NCBI GenBank assembly: GCA_965218795.1
Contig: OZ244653.1
Location: 1,952,001-2,016,000, forward strand
Length of the DNA stretch: 64,000 nt
Source: a bacterium
GTDB lineage: Bacteria; UBA8248; JACPRG01; G963555815
Direction: 5' to 3'
Part shown: one piece after another, positions 9,923 to 19,653 of the stretch
Layout: each line of letters starts with the position of its first letter
How positions within the stretch are numbered: position 1 is the stretch's first letter
Made by a program: the position numbers and the translations under genes
Notes under the pieces: model-generated
Databases searched by the model: none
Seen by the model: only the letters and a program-made list of their open reading frames with translations
What the model was told of the DNA's origin: nothing

Positions 9923-10426
9923 CTAAACGCTGAATTCCTGGTCGAGGATTTCATAGATGTAGCGTTCCAGTGAGACCGGATAGAACTTGGCGTCGGGTGA
10001 AAGAATGATCCCTGTATCGATGATCTCCTTCCTCATCAAGTCGTCCATCGCCCGGTTCAGGAACGATTTTGGATCGGAATTCACATTCTGGATTTTGAGT
10101 TCGTCGTTTTCGAGCTGTATCTGGGACCGGCCGGAATAGAGAAAGCTGAAGACACGGCCAACGAGTGCCCTGTCCATGTACTCGCTCTCTTCAAAGACCT
10201 CGCCGTAAGTCTGTTGGGATGCATTGGGTGAAAAAACAAGCCGGGGAGAAACCCGAATCTTTCCCCGGACTTCAATGGCCCGCTCACTACCCACAGCCAC
10301 TGGCCCCGCCAGGATGTACGGAAGAGTGTGGTATCCCGAAATGATTCCGGAGATGGGCTTCCGCAGAACCTGCGTGTTCTCGAATATGGTCTTTACGTGT
10401 TCGCTGTCGACTCTGTCTTCGAACAT
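9923..10426 (-). CDS. Conserved-looking hypothetical protein
   Basis: 167 aa ORF with protein-like composition and RBS-like GAGATAGGA. Confidence 0.7.
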   Translation of the reverse strand: MFEDRVDSEHVKTIFENTQVLRKPISGIISGYHTLPYILAGPVAVGSERAIEVRGKIRVSPRLVFSPNASQQTYGEVFEESEYMDRALVGRVFSFLYSGRSQIQLENDELKIQNVNSDPKSFLNRAMDDLMRKEIIDTGIILSPDAKFYPVSLERYIYEILDQEFSV

Positions 10427-10647
10427 TCCTATCTCACCCGCTTTCAGGGATCCCTATCCATCGAAATTCTTTCTGGCAGCCATTCTGATTCCCGACCAAG
10501 CTGCAACAACTCTCCATTCCGACCAGCCCATTATCCCTCATGCCGACCGATGATGTCACCGACTCATGTTTTGAACCCACGATGAGAGCAAAGTATGGAA
10601 TCAGAGAGGTCTCTATGTAGGTTCTCCGGCCGTGGAGGGAAAGAAAA

Positions 10648-11040
10648 ATGTGCAAGAAAACCATGATCGCAACCGCAGCGGGAGCCCTGTTCTTTGCCAT
10701 GTCAGGATGGGCTGCCGGTGCAGAGGCAGTCCACAAGAAAAATCTCCCCCTGATGAAGCAGGACGGCATTTCATGGTACGGCAGCGAAATCGGCGCCGGC
10801 AGCCGTGAGACCATCGTCAAGGGGTTCCCGCCCAAAGTTGTCCTGGCGAACCAGAAGGGCGATCGGATGTCCAATGTCGAGGTCAAGCTTGAGCAGGCCG
10901 GCGTGAAAGAATGCACAATGATCAATGCCGGGCCTTGATACGTTCGCGCCAAAGTGAACGGGATGGCAATTGTCCGAAAGAGCGTTCGGGCTCCGGCAAA
11001 AGGCATCGAGATCATCACGATGTACTTTTCCATGAAATAG
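10648..11040 (+). pseudogene. Secreted small beta-sandwich protein interrupted by TGA at 10936-10938
   Basis: Signal peptide; frame continues after TGA as YVRAKVNG...YFSMK to TAG 11040. Confidence 0.5.
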
Positions 11041-11099
11041 CCGGCGGCTACCCTTTCCCGGGAAGGTTTGATCCCCCGAGAACCGTCCCGAGAAGCGGA

Positions 11100-12398
11100 T
11101 CAGCCAATGAGATCGTATGCCGCAAGCGCATAGGACTTTGTGACGTTGGCCAGGTTCATCACGTTCAAACACTCTCCCTTCGCGCCGTCATACATCGAGT
11201 AAACGCCCGAAGGGGTGATGCCTCCGGCCCCGTAGGTGATACTCGTGCACCCGTATTCGGAGATCGGTCCGCCGTCGCTGGAGACGGAATATCGTGCAGG
11301 CTCGGGATAGAGGGGCGCCCTTTTGAAGATCTCTTTGTGGATACCGTGGACGGTCTTGACCAGTTCGTGGTCGGGCGAGGTCTCGTAACCGTTGCTCACC
11401 ATATAGAAGCCCACCTCGGCGTGAAGCTCGGGGTCCTTCGCCTCCAGCCGGTCGAGCCATTCCAGAAGCTCATCGCGAACTTCTACAGGGGTCGTGCCCG
11501 GCAGAGTCGTGACATGGACGTACAGCGTGCAGGATGGCGCGGGGCAAAATGAAGGCTTGAACGGAAGCCCGCCCTCAATGGCGCTGATCCCGACCGAGAC
11601 CAGCATGAACGGGTGGGGATGCCGCCTGCGGTAGTCCGCCTCCCAACCCTTCAGTCCCTCCCGGATCTTGACCATTTTCTCAATGGCATCCACTCCCTTA
11701 TCTTTGCTGAAGGTGTGTTGGCCGATGCCCTGAGTGGTGATTTTGGCGAAGATGTACCCGGTGTTGCCCAGCTGGATCCGCATCCCGGTGGGCTCGCCGA
11801 TGATGGCAAGGTCCGCAACGCATCCGTGCGACATCAGAAAACGCGCGCCACTCCCTCCACCCCGGTAGCCGATCCCTTGATAGTGGCTGACCGGCGCTTT
11901 CTCGATCTCGCCGACAACACCTGTAATGAGAATGTCGCTCGAGAGGTTGACTCCAGTCTCTATCAACGCCTCGACCGCGCCGATATAGCCGGCGAAGGCG
12001 TTCTTCATGTTCGAGGCGCCGAGACCGTAGAGCCAATCCCCCTCGCGAACGGCCTTGGACACCTGACCGGGGATCTTGTCCGCATCCGTGGCCGAGGTAT
12101 CGAAATGGGCATTGAACATCAGGTTTCGTCCCCTGCCGCCACCCTTGCCGCGAAGTTTCGCGATCACGTTGTTCCGACCCTCCTCGACCTCCTGCAGCGA
12201 TACCTCGAGTCCGATCCCCTCGAACTCCCTGGCCAAGAAATCCGAGATCTCCGCCTCACCCCCGGTTGGGCTGGGGATGTTCGTCAATTGTTCTGTAATC
12301 TCTCCGACGCGGGCCTTGCTGACCGCCCTGACGATCCGGTCCCGAATCGAGCCCCGCGCGGATTTACCTTTCTTGACGGCCGTCTTTCGTTTCGCCAT
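11100..12398 (-). CDS. M20/ArgE-DapE family metallo-hydrolase with atypical ligands
   Basis: NIPSPTGGE, LMFNAHFDT, YGLGASNMK, VVGEI, IIGEPT. Confidence 0.85.
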   Translation of the reverse strand: MAKRKTAVKKGKSARGSIRDRIVRAVSKARVGEITEQLTNIPSPTGGEAEISDFLAREFEGIGLEVSLQEVEEGRNNVIAKLRGKGGGRGRNLMFNAHFDTSATDADKIPGQVSKAVREGDWLYGLGASNMKNAFAGYIGAVEALIETGVNLSSDILITGVVGEIEKAPVSHYQGIGYRGGGSGARFLMSHGCVADLAIIGEPTGMRIQLGNTGYIFAKITTQGIGQHTFSKDKGVDAIEKMVKIREGLKGWEADYRRRHPHPFMLVSVGISAIEGGLPFKPSFCPAPSCTLYVHVTTLPGTTPVEVRDELLEWLDRLEAKDPELHAEVGFYMVSNGYETSPDHELVKTVHGIHKEIFKRAPLYPEPARYSVSSDGGPISEYGCTSITYGAGGITPSGVYSMYDGAKGECLNVMNLANVTKSYALAAYDLIG

Positions 12399-12468
12399 TG
12401 GGTTTTCCCTATTTCCCTTATCGAGAAGCGGAAACAAGTCGGATTGAATCGTGAAACACGAAATATCC

Positions 12469-13122
12469 TCAAGGCTCGTAAACAATGATCTTCATCGGCG
12501 AAGGATTGTATCCCGTCCCTGGATTGTTTTCCTGGGGGCAGTTGGAAATCCCCGCCAGGACGTCCATTTCCGCCCTCAGGTCCGCATAATCCCCCGGTTG
12601 CGTAGGCGTGGGGCGGATCTCGAACGTCCCGTCGGGGTCGTACGAGACGTTCAGAAAGAAAGTGAAGCATGCTCCATCATCGATGCGGCCGCGCGTAAAC
12701 CCGTGGGGCTCAAGCGCATTCATCAGGTTCTCGGAGCAGCTCCGGGTGCCATGGACGCCGTATCGCCTGAAATTCGCCTCCTCGCAACAATATCCGCCTC
12801 CCATGAAATGCACCCCGACCGTGTCCTCCAGGATAGTGTACATCGGGTTGCATTTGTTCGTGTACAGGACGTGCCCCGATGTGGGTTTCCAGGTCTTGTT
12901 CAGAAAATTGCTCCAAACGACAGAAAGCTTTTCCTCGAAAGGATCCGCCATGCTGAACGAGGCGTAGTCCAGCACCTGAACACCTTCCAAATCAATCACC
13001 CGGAAACATTGCCCCTGGGTCAGCACCAGGTCACAGTACCCCTTCGCGGGAACGGTAACCTCCTTGACCTGCTTCCCGGGCACGTCGTGAGCCCGACCCA
13101 ATCTCTCTTCGTCCGCGGACAT
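12469..13122 (-). CDS. DUF1989 / urea carboxylase-associated family protein
   Basis: RVIDLEGVQVLD, DTVGVH...CC, SCSENL, FFLNV, GDYADLRAEMDVLAGISNCPQ. Confidence 0.88.
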   Translation of the reverse strand: MSADEERLGRAHDVPGKQVKEVTVPAKGYCDLVLTQGQCFRVIDLEGVQVLDYASFSMADPFEEKLSVVWSNFLNKTWKPTSGHVLYTNKCNPMYTILEDTVGVHFMGGGYCCEEANFRRYGVHGTRSCSENLMNALEPHGFTRGRIDDGACFTFFLNVSYDPDGTFEIRPTPTQPGDYADLRAEMDVLAGISNCPQENNPGTGYNPSPMKIIVYEP

Positions 13123-13285
13123 TCGGCCCTCCTGTCGTCGCTGGTCTCTCTCACGCGTGAAATGAACTGAGAGGATATTCTTGGTCCATGAATTTTCATA
13201 CAATCCCGACTCGGGTTCAATCTTGAGACGGGCAAAGGATTCCCTCTGGAACAAAAGGGGAATCTCTTCAATCCGCGGTCATCCT

Positions 13286-13987
13286 CTATTGCAACCGTTG
13301 GGTGATCAATGCAACCGCTAAGCGGGTGGGTCCCTCCAGCGAATCCGGACCCATCAGCTTCCGGCCCGAACCTGAACCGCCTGAGGCGAGGATGGCCGCT
13401 GATTCCGCCCATTGCGAATTCGCTCTTCCGATAGAGCCCTCCGGCTGCGTGACCTCATTTAACCGATCTTCCGAAAAGGTCTCGTACCGAAGCTTGAATT
13501 CCTCGGCCAGAGCCTCAACGGCATCCCGGCCCGGATCCGCATTCGCCGTCGCCAGCTTCGCAACGGACCCCCAGGCGAGGCCGGAATGCCGAATCCCATC
13601 ACGAACTCTCCGTTCCAGTTCTGCGCCGCCGACAGGTTCCGCATTGCTCAAGCCAACGGCAAGGTTTTTCGGCCGAATGACGGCTACGGGATATGGGATA
13701 CCCCGAATTTGTTCCTCTACCAGACGGTGGGTCACAATCATTGCGGCGTCAAACGATCGGTTCCTAAGCTGCTGTGAATCCTCCAGAATCTTCACCCGAC
13801 CCGTCGTACCCCATAGCAGACCCTCCCGGTCCCCGGATTCCGAGCAAAACCCCACGCTTCCCTTATTCCTCAGCGCGTCTTCCACCGCATGGACGGCCGA
13901 CTCGTTTTCGACCCCCCACCCGAAATTTCTCGCTAGTGATACGAGCGTAACTTGAGTCATCCCGAATCCGCTTAAGGCGACGACCAT
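13286..13987 (-). CDS. CbiG/CobE-like protein (middle and C-terminal domains, divergent)
   Basis: IRPKNLAVGL, KLATA, FSEDRL, WAESAAILASG, LAVA resemble the CbiG C-terminal domain. Confidence 0.65.
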   Translation of the reverse strand: MVVALSGFGMTQVTLVSLARNFGWGVENESAVHAVEDALRNKGSVGFCSESGDREGLLWGTTGRVKILEDSQQLRNRSFDAAMIVTHRLVEEQIRGIPYPVAVIRPKNLAVGLSNAEPVGGAELERRVRDGIRHSGLAWGSVAKLATANADPGRDAVEALAEEFKLRYETFSEDRLNEVTQPEGSIGRANSQWAESAAILASGGSGSGRKLMGPDSLEGPTRLAVALITQRLQ

Positions 13988-14176
13988 ACCCCGATTCGCT
14001 CCCCTTCAAGGGAGGGGATGGAGCCCATGAAATTCCGGGGGAATTTGGATTCCAAAGGGAAAAGAACCCGCCTGAATGTCCCTCCGGAGTTCTGGTTTTT
14101 GGCCGCTCTACCGCCCGTCTCATTTAATACCTTTGCATAAAACATACCGTCGTGAGTCTCCGATAACTATTTGCAT

Positions 14177-14482
14177 TTACTTCCCAAAACAGAAAAAAGG
14201 AAAGGTCTTGCTCCAAAAACCCGCCTCGATCTGCTCATCCAATCCTCCGGCTATCGGGGGGAAGATCCCAACGGTGTCACCGTCTTTGAGCATTTGCTCC
14301 ACCGAAGATTGTTCGTCATTCTGCATGACTAAACTCACTTCACCTCGAGGAATCCCGAGTCTTTTGATGACATCGATGATCCGGCTGCCCGTGCGAACCC
14401 TGATTCGGGAGGCTTTTTCCTTCCGGTCGGCCGGAGGAAGATAATCCACAAAATGTGCAAACACCCGGACTTCAATCAGCAC
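14177..14482 (-). CDS. MoaD/ThiS family sulfur carrier with C-terminal extension
   Basis: GTG start overlapping larC end; IEVRVFA...LKDGDTVGIFPPIAGG followed by 21 extra residues. Confidence 0.8.
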   Translation of the reverse strand: MLIEVRVFAHFVDYLPPADRKEKASRIRVRTGSRIIDVIKRLGIPRGEVSLVMQNDEQSSVEQMLKDGDTVGIFPPIAGGLDEQIEAGFWSKTFPFFCFGK

Positions 14483-15668
14483 GGGGAAGCGCCTCTCTGG
14501 CGGCCGCCAGCGCCTCCTGATAGACCCGCCAAAGCGGTATCCTTTTCTCCACGGCCACTCGGCGGCAATCTTCATACTCCGGAGACACGCACCCAGCGGA
14601 CCCGTCGGCTGAGGACATCTTGATCTTCACGTCGCCAAAGGCCGTGTGGACGACGATTTCGCTTCGGCCGGCGGCCAACCGGTCGACCGAAGACCAGCGG
14701 ACCCCCAGGGTGGTCGTCTCACGGAGAATCGTTCGGACGACAACGTCCTTCTCCTCTATACGGCAAAGAACCGAAAGAAGCGTCCCCGGCCGAAACTTCT
14801 TCATCCCGACCGCCGTCCAGAACACATCCAATGCACCTTGGCCGAACAAGACTTCCGCGACGTGCTCATAGAATTCGGGGTTCATGTCATCGATATTGGC
14901 TTCCACCACGACCAAGCGTTCGACCGTCTCCTCACCGGCCTCGCCCAGGGTTGCCGTCTCACTGGATTCTCCCAGCAGGAGTCGCAGCACGTTGGGTATC
15001 TCCAGGTCCCAGGTTCCGGCCCCGTAGCCCACGGCCTTCTGCCGCATGGCGGGCATCGGCCCGAATGAATCGGCCAGGGTCGTCAGAATGGCGGCTCCCG
15101 TGGGCGTAACCAACTCCGCCTCGATACCGGTTCCGCGAACCGGAAGATCCCGGACCAGCTCCAGCGTCGCGGGCGCGGGCTGGCGTCCGTGCGCGGAACG
15201 GACGAACCCGGTACCCATTGGGAGCGGGGACCCGACGACCCGGGTCACGCCGAGCCATTCGAGGCCCGTCACGGATCCGACAATATCCGCGATCGCATCC
15301 ATGGCCCCGACCTCATGAAAAAGGACATCTTCGTTCTCGATTCGGTGAATACGGGATTCGGCTTCAGCCAACCGATGAAAAATCCGCAGACTTTTCTCCT
15401 GAACGGTCGTGGAGATGTCACTGGCTTCGATGATTCGCCGGATCTCGGAATAATGCCGATGCCCCTCCCGGTCATCCGCGGAGACATTCACTTTGGTGGC
15501 CCCGAATCCGTTTTTCGTAACGGTCTCGGATTGAACCGATAGTCCCGGCAGGTGAAGCAGATCCATCGCTTCCTGAAGAATTTCGATGGGCACTCCGGCG
15601 TCCACCAGCGCCCCCAGGGTCATGTCTCCCGCAATTCCCGCAATACAGTCAAAGTAGACGAGCATCAA
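14472..15668 (-). CDS. larC: Nickel pincer cofactor biosynthesis protein LarC
   Basis: YFDCIAGIAGDMTLGAL, FHEVGAMDAIADI, ELVTPTGAA, EANIDDMNPE, ETTTLGVR, PEYEDC. Confidence 0.95.
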   Translation of the reverse strand: MMLVYFDCIAGIAGDMTLGALVDAGVPIEILQEAMDLLHLPGLSVQSETVTKNGFGATKVNVSADDREGHRHYSEIRRIIEASDISTTVQEKSLRIFHRLAEAESRIHRIENEDVLFHEVGAMDAIADIVGSVTGLEWLGVTRVVGSPLPMGTGFVRSAHGRQPAPATLELVRDLPVRGTGIEAELVTPTGAAILTTLADSFGPMPAMRQKAVGYGAGTWDLEIPNVLRLLLGESSETATLGEAGEETVERLVVVEANIDDMNPEFYEHVAEVLFGQGALDVFWTAVGMKKFRPGTLLSVLCRIEEKDVVVRTILRETTTLGVRWSSVDRLAAGRSEIVVHTAFGDVKIKMSSADGSAGCVSPEYEDCRRVAVEKRIPLWRVYQEALAAAREALPRAD

Positions 15669-16429
15669 TCCTCAATCCGGTTGATCCGGTCGGCCAGGAC
15701 AGCGGCGCCGAACCCGTTATCGATATTGACGACGGACACGCCGGGAGTGCAGGCGTTGAGCATGGAGAGCAGGGCCGCCAACCCGCCGAAACTCGCTCCG
15801 TACCCCACGCTCGTCGGCACCGCGATGATTGGACGATCGACCAATCCGCCGATAACGCTCGGAAGCGCCCCCTCCATCCCGGCCACGACCACGATGACCC
15901 GGGCCCGCCTGAGAACAGGCCAGTTCTCCAAAAGCCGGTGAAGACCGGCAACACCCACGTCGTACACCCGTTCCACCCGGCTGCCCATCAAATCGAGCGT
16001 GACGGCGGCCTCTTCCGCTACGGGAAGATCTGATGTGCCAGCGGATATCACCGCTACCCGTCCCACCCGCTCTCCACGCCCTTGACCTTGGGGCCGGTTC
16101 AGCACGACGATACGCGCGGTTTCGAGATATTCGAAAGTAGCGTCCAGTACCCCGAGAGCCCGGGCGGCATCGGGGGAGACCCGTGTCGCGAGAACCATCC
16201 CCCCGTCCCCTTTCAGGATTTCGCGGGCGATGGCGTAGATCTGCTTCGGGGTTTTTCCTTCGGCGTAGATGACCTCCCCGATCCCGTTTCGGAGGGGGCG
16301 ATGATGGTCGACTTTTGCGAAACCGAGGTCGGTAAAGGGGAGCGTCCGCAACCGCTCCAGCGCTTCATCCGCTGAAATCCGCCCCGCTTCAACGTCCGAC
16401 AATAGAGACCTCAGCCGCTCAATGTCCAT
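15665..16429 (-). CDS. larB: Nickel pincer cofactor biosynthesis protein LarB
   Basis: FAKVDHHR, AGTSDLPVAEEA, DVGVAGLHRL, AGMEGALPSV, PTSVGYG, VVNIDNGFGA. Confidence 0.95.
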   Translation of the reverse strand: MDIERLRSLLSDVEAGRISADEALERLRTLPFTDLGFAKVDHHRPLRNGIGEVIYAEGKTPKQIYAIAREILKGDGGMVLATRVSPDAARALGVLDATFEYLETARIVVLNRPQGQGRGERVGRVAVISAGTSDLPVAEEAAVTLDLMGSRVERVYDVGVAGLHRLLENWPVLRRARVIVVVAGMEGALPSVIGGLVDRPIIAVPTSVGYGASFGGLAALLSMLNACTPGVSVVNIDNGFGAAVLADRINRIED

Positions 16430-17276
16430 TCGTAGGCGCGAAACTCGGCATGACGGGAAGGGGAACCCACTGAGGGTTCAGACTGCCCGTTCGATATCCC
16501 CCCAAATCGACGGAAACCCTTGGGAAACCCAGACGGAGAAAGGCATGTCCGATTTCATCCATCAGATCGGATTGGAAAAAACGGCGAACCTCATCCTCCC
16601 CCACCTCAATTCGGGCGAGCCCTCCATGGTGGCGAACCCGAAGCTGTCGAAAACCCAAACCACGAAGATGCGCCTCCGCCTTTTCCACCACTCGGAGCTT
16701 CTCAACCGTCACGCGCTGACCATGGGGGATGCGGGATGCCAGGCAGGCCATGGCCGGCTTGTCCCAGGTGGGCAATCCGAAGGCCTCCGAAAGCGCTCGA
16801 ATGTCCGCCTTTTCCAGCCCGGCCTCCTGGAGCGGGCTTCGGATCCCGAATTCCAAGGCCGCGGAGTGGCCGGGCCGATGATCCGAGAGATCGTCAACGA
16901 TGGCCCCGTAGGCGATATGAGTCAGGCCCTCCCCTTTGGCGACGGGTCGAAGGCGACGGAAGAGCTCCACCTTGCAGAAGTAGCAACGATTGGCGGGATT
17001 CGCTGCATACCGAGGGTCGTCCAGTTCCCGAGTGTCGACCTCGAGGAGACGGATACCGATCCGCCCGGCCAACCGGCGCGCTTCCGCCAGCTCCGAGCCG
17101 GGAAGAGACGGTGACTTCGCGATCCCCGCAGCGGCCCTGACACCGAGAACGTCAAATGCGACATGGGCCAGGAAGGCGCTGTCCACCCCGCCAGAGTATG
17201 CAATCAGAACACTTCCGATCTCACCGAGAGAATCTCGAAGATGGTTCAGTTTGCGTTCAGTCTCTGGAGAGAGCAT
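16419..17276 (-). CDS. larE: ATP-dependent sulfur transferase LarE
   Basis: AYSGGVDS PP-loop, NRCYFCK, DHRPG, WDKPAMACLASRIP, LRVRHHG, GYRTGSLN. Confidence 0.95.
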   Translation of the reverse strand: MLSPETERKLNHLRDSLGEIGSVLIAYSGGVDSAFLAHVAFDVLGVRAAAGIAKSPSLPGSELAEARRLAGRIGIRLLEVDTRELDDPRYAANPANRCYFCKVELFRRLRPVAKGEGLTHIAYGAIVDDLSDHRPGHSAALEFGIRSPLQEAGLEKADIRALSEAFGLPTWDKPAMACLASRIPHGQRVTVEKLRVVEKAEAHLRGLGFRQLRVRHHGGLARIEVGEDEVRRFFQSDLMDEIGHAFLRLGFPRVSVDLGGYRTGSLNPQWVPLPVMPSFAPTNGH

Positions 17277-17397
17277 CGAAACACCACAGGTTAGGTGGAC
17301 GATACGGAATCAGATGGTTGATAATGTCCATGTTTGAAAAGCCTTCCAACGGGTTTCATTATCTTTCCGAACCGACGGGAACGCAACGGAGTTCTTG

Positions 17398-18714
17398 ATG
17401 ATGGCGACTGAAAATGAAGCAGCGGTTGCGAGTCAGGTGTCGGCCGGCCTGGATGGAAAGACGGGCCAGCGATCAATGTTCGAAAATGCCCAGCTGTATT
17501 TTGATCGGATTGCGGAACAGATGAACCTGGACCACGGTGTCTGGCAATTCCTCCGCAATCCGGTTCGAGAATTGGCTGTCAATTTTCCCGTCGTGATGGA
17601 TGATGGATCGATCAAAATCTTTCAAGGCTATCGGGTGCAGCATAGCCTTCTCCGCGGGCCGGCCAAGGGCGGCATCCGGTATGCCCCGAGCGTAACGCTG
17701 GATGAAGTCCGCGCCCTGGCCATGAACATGTCGTGGAAAACCGCGGTTGTGAATCTCCCTTTCGGAGGATCCAAAGGAGGCGTCTGCGTCAACATCAAGG
17801 AGATCACGGACCACGAGCTCGAAAGAATCACACGCCGCTATACGGCTGATATTTCCATCATCATCGGCCCGGACAGCGACGTCCCCGCACCGGATATGGG
17901 GACCAACCCGCGAGTCATGGGCTGGATCATGGACACGTACAGCATGATCACGGGGTATTCGGTTCCCGGGGTGGTGACCGGAAAACCCATTTCCATCGGG
18001 GGCTCGCACGGCCGGACCGAGGCCACGGGCCGGGGCGTCATGTTTGCGACGGTTCTCGCCGCCAAGCAACTCGACATAAACCTCCATGGCGCCAAGGTCG
18101 CGATTCAGGGATTCGGTAACGTAGGCTCTGTCACGGCCAGACTATTGGAGGAGGTCGGTTGCAGCATCATCGGCATCAGTGATGGAGAGGGCGGGATCTA
18201 CAACCCCTCCGGGATCGACCCGGATGCGGTTCTCCGGTACAAGGAGGAAACGGGCGCTCCAACCGTCAGAGAGTATCCGGAGGCCGATCGCGTGGGTCCG
18301 GATGAGGTCCTTTTCCTGGATGCTGATATCGTGATCCCGGCCGCCCTGGAAAATCAGATCCGAGCCGATAATGTCGATCGGATAAAGCCCCGTCTCCTCA
18401 TCGAAGCCGCCAACGGCCCGACAACACCCGAAGCCAATGCCGCCCTATTGGACCGGGGCGTTTACATCGTCCCGGACCTCTTCGCCAATGCCGGAGGCGT
18501 CATCGTCTCTTACCTGGAATGGGTGCAGAACCTTCAGGAATTCCGGTGGGCCGAGGAACTGATTAATCAGAACCTGAGACGAACCATGGAAGAGAGTTTC
18601 CACGCGATCCGTGAAGTCGCGGACAAGCAGGACGTCGACATGCGGACCGCCTGTTACTACGTCGGTGTGGAGCGCGTCGTCGAGGCCTTCCAGGTCCGCG
18701 GGGTGTTTCCTTGA
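17398..18714 (+). CDS. gdhA: Glu/Leu/Phe/Val dehydrogenase (glutamate dehydrogenase)
   Basis: GPAKGGIRY, GGSKGG, DVPAPDMGT, TGKP, QGFGNVG, EAANGP, NAGGVIVSYLEW. Confidence 0.92.
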   Translation: MMATENEAAVASQVSAGLDGKTGQRSMFENAQLYFDRIAEQMNLDHGVWQFLRNPVRELAVNFPVVMDDGSIKIFQGYRVQHSLLRGPAKGGIRYAPSVTLDEVRALAMNMSWKTAVVNLPFGGSKGGVCVNIKEITDHELERITRRYTADISIIIGPDSDVPAPDMGTNPRVMGWIMDTYSMITGYSVPGVVTGKPISIGGSHGRTEATGRGVMFATVLAAKQLDINLHGAKVAIQGFGNVGSVTARLLEEVGCSIIGISDGEGGIYNPSGIDPDAVLRYKEETGAPTVREYPEADRVGPDEVLFLDADIVIPAALENQIRADNVDRIKPRLLIEAANGPTTPEANAALLDRGVYIVPDLFANAGGVIVSYLEWVQNLQEFRWAEELINQNLRRTMEESFHAIREVADKQDVDMRTACYYVGVERVVEAFQVRGVFP

Positions 18715-18790
18715 TCCACTGCGGCGCGCTTTCTCACTCAGCCGAACGCCTCGCCCTCAAACAGGTGTCCGTCGGGAGGACGCTGGTCCT

Positions 18791-19384
18791 TTGAAATTGA
18801 GAAGCAAGATCCCCACTACGACTGCGCTCTTCATGGTTTCCGTCTCGCTCGTCCTGCCCCTGGCGGAAGCGAATCAACCCGGGAAGGGTGATACGGGAAT
18901 CCGCATCATGAAGCGGGAGCTTCGGTTCAATCTCATCCAATTTTCCCGTCCCCGTCCTTCCCCCGACATCGCGCTGCCAGACCTGGAAGGGAATGAGATC
19001 CGGCTCTCCGCGCTCCGGGGGAAGGTGATTGTCTTGAATTTTTGGGCGACATGGTGCCCCCCCTGCATAGAAGAAATGCCAAGCCTGGAACGGCTCCATG
19101 GACAATTCAGAAGCCGTAAATTCGCAATCGTCGCAGTCTCGGTGGACGCCGAGGGGGCAAAACCCGTCCGGAAGTTCATCGGAGAGCGAGGTTTTACGTT
19201 CCGGGTGCTGCTCGATCCGGGAAAGAAAACCGAGGCTCCTTTTGGCGTGCGCGGGCTCCCTATCTCCTACGTGATTGACCACAAAGGCCGCATGGTCGCC
19301 GGGGCCATCGGGGCGATCGATTGGAGCTCCAAAAAGGCGACCACATACTTCGAGAACCTCATCCGACAGGTCGATCCCCCCTGA
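18791..19384 (+). CDS. TlpA/ResA family disulfide reductase
   Basis: Signal anchor, LNFWATWCPPCIEEMP, GLPISY; TTG start after GGAGGA. Confidence 0.9.
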   Translation: MKLRSKIPTTTALFMVSVSLVLPLAEANQPGKGDTGIRIMKRELRFNLIQFSRPRPSPDIALPDLEGNEIRLSALRGKVIVLNFWATWCPPCIEEMPSLERLHGQFRSRKFAIVAVSVDAEGAKPVRKFIGERGFTFRVLLDPGKKTEAPFGVRGLPISYVIDHKGRMVAGAIGAIDWSSKKATTYFENLIRQVDPP

Positions 19385-19653
19385 CGATATGAACGCGACA
19401 TCGGAGGGCCTCACCCGCCATGACCCGAGGCATTCCCCCGTCCGATGGAATCAGACCCCAAGAAAGAAGGTTGCAAGGTCACACATTTTCGTCCCCACCC
19501 GGTTCCGGCTACCATTGGCACTCCAGAGAGTGAAGTAAGGAGAATGGGACGCCGATTCCGGCGCCCCATTTCTTGTCTGCATCAGCGGCCGCCATGGAAA
19601 TTCACAACGCCTCCACGGCGGGCATCTTGGCGGACCGCCCCCCGCCTCGAACC

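Noticed and set aside
13990-14170. Cobalamin, NiCo or guanidine riboswitch upstream of the cbiG-like gene
   Set aside because: No B12 box or other consensus recognised by eye; an Rfam scan would be needed
14472-15668. Programmed frameshift in larC
   Set aside because: Single continuous ORF covering both domains
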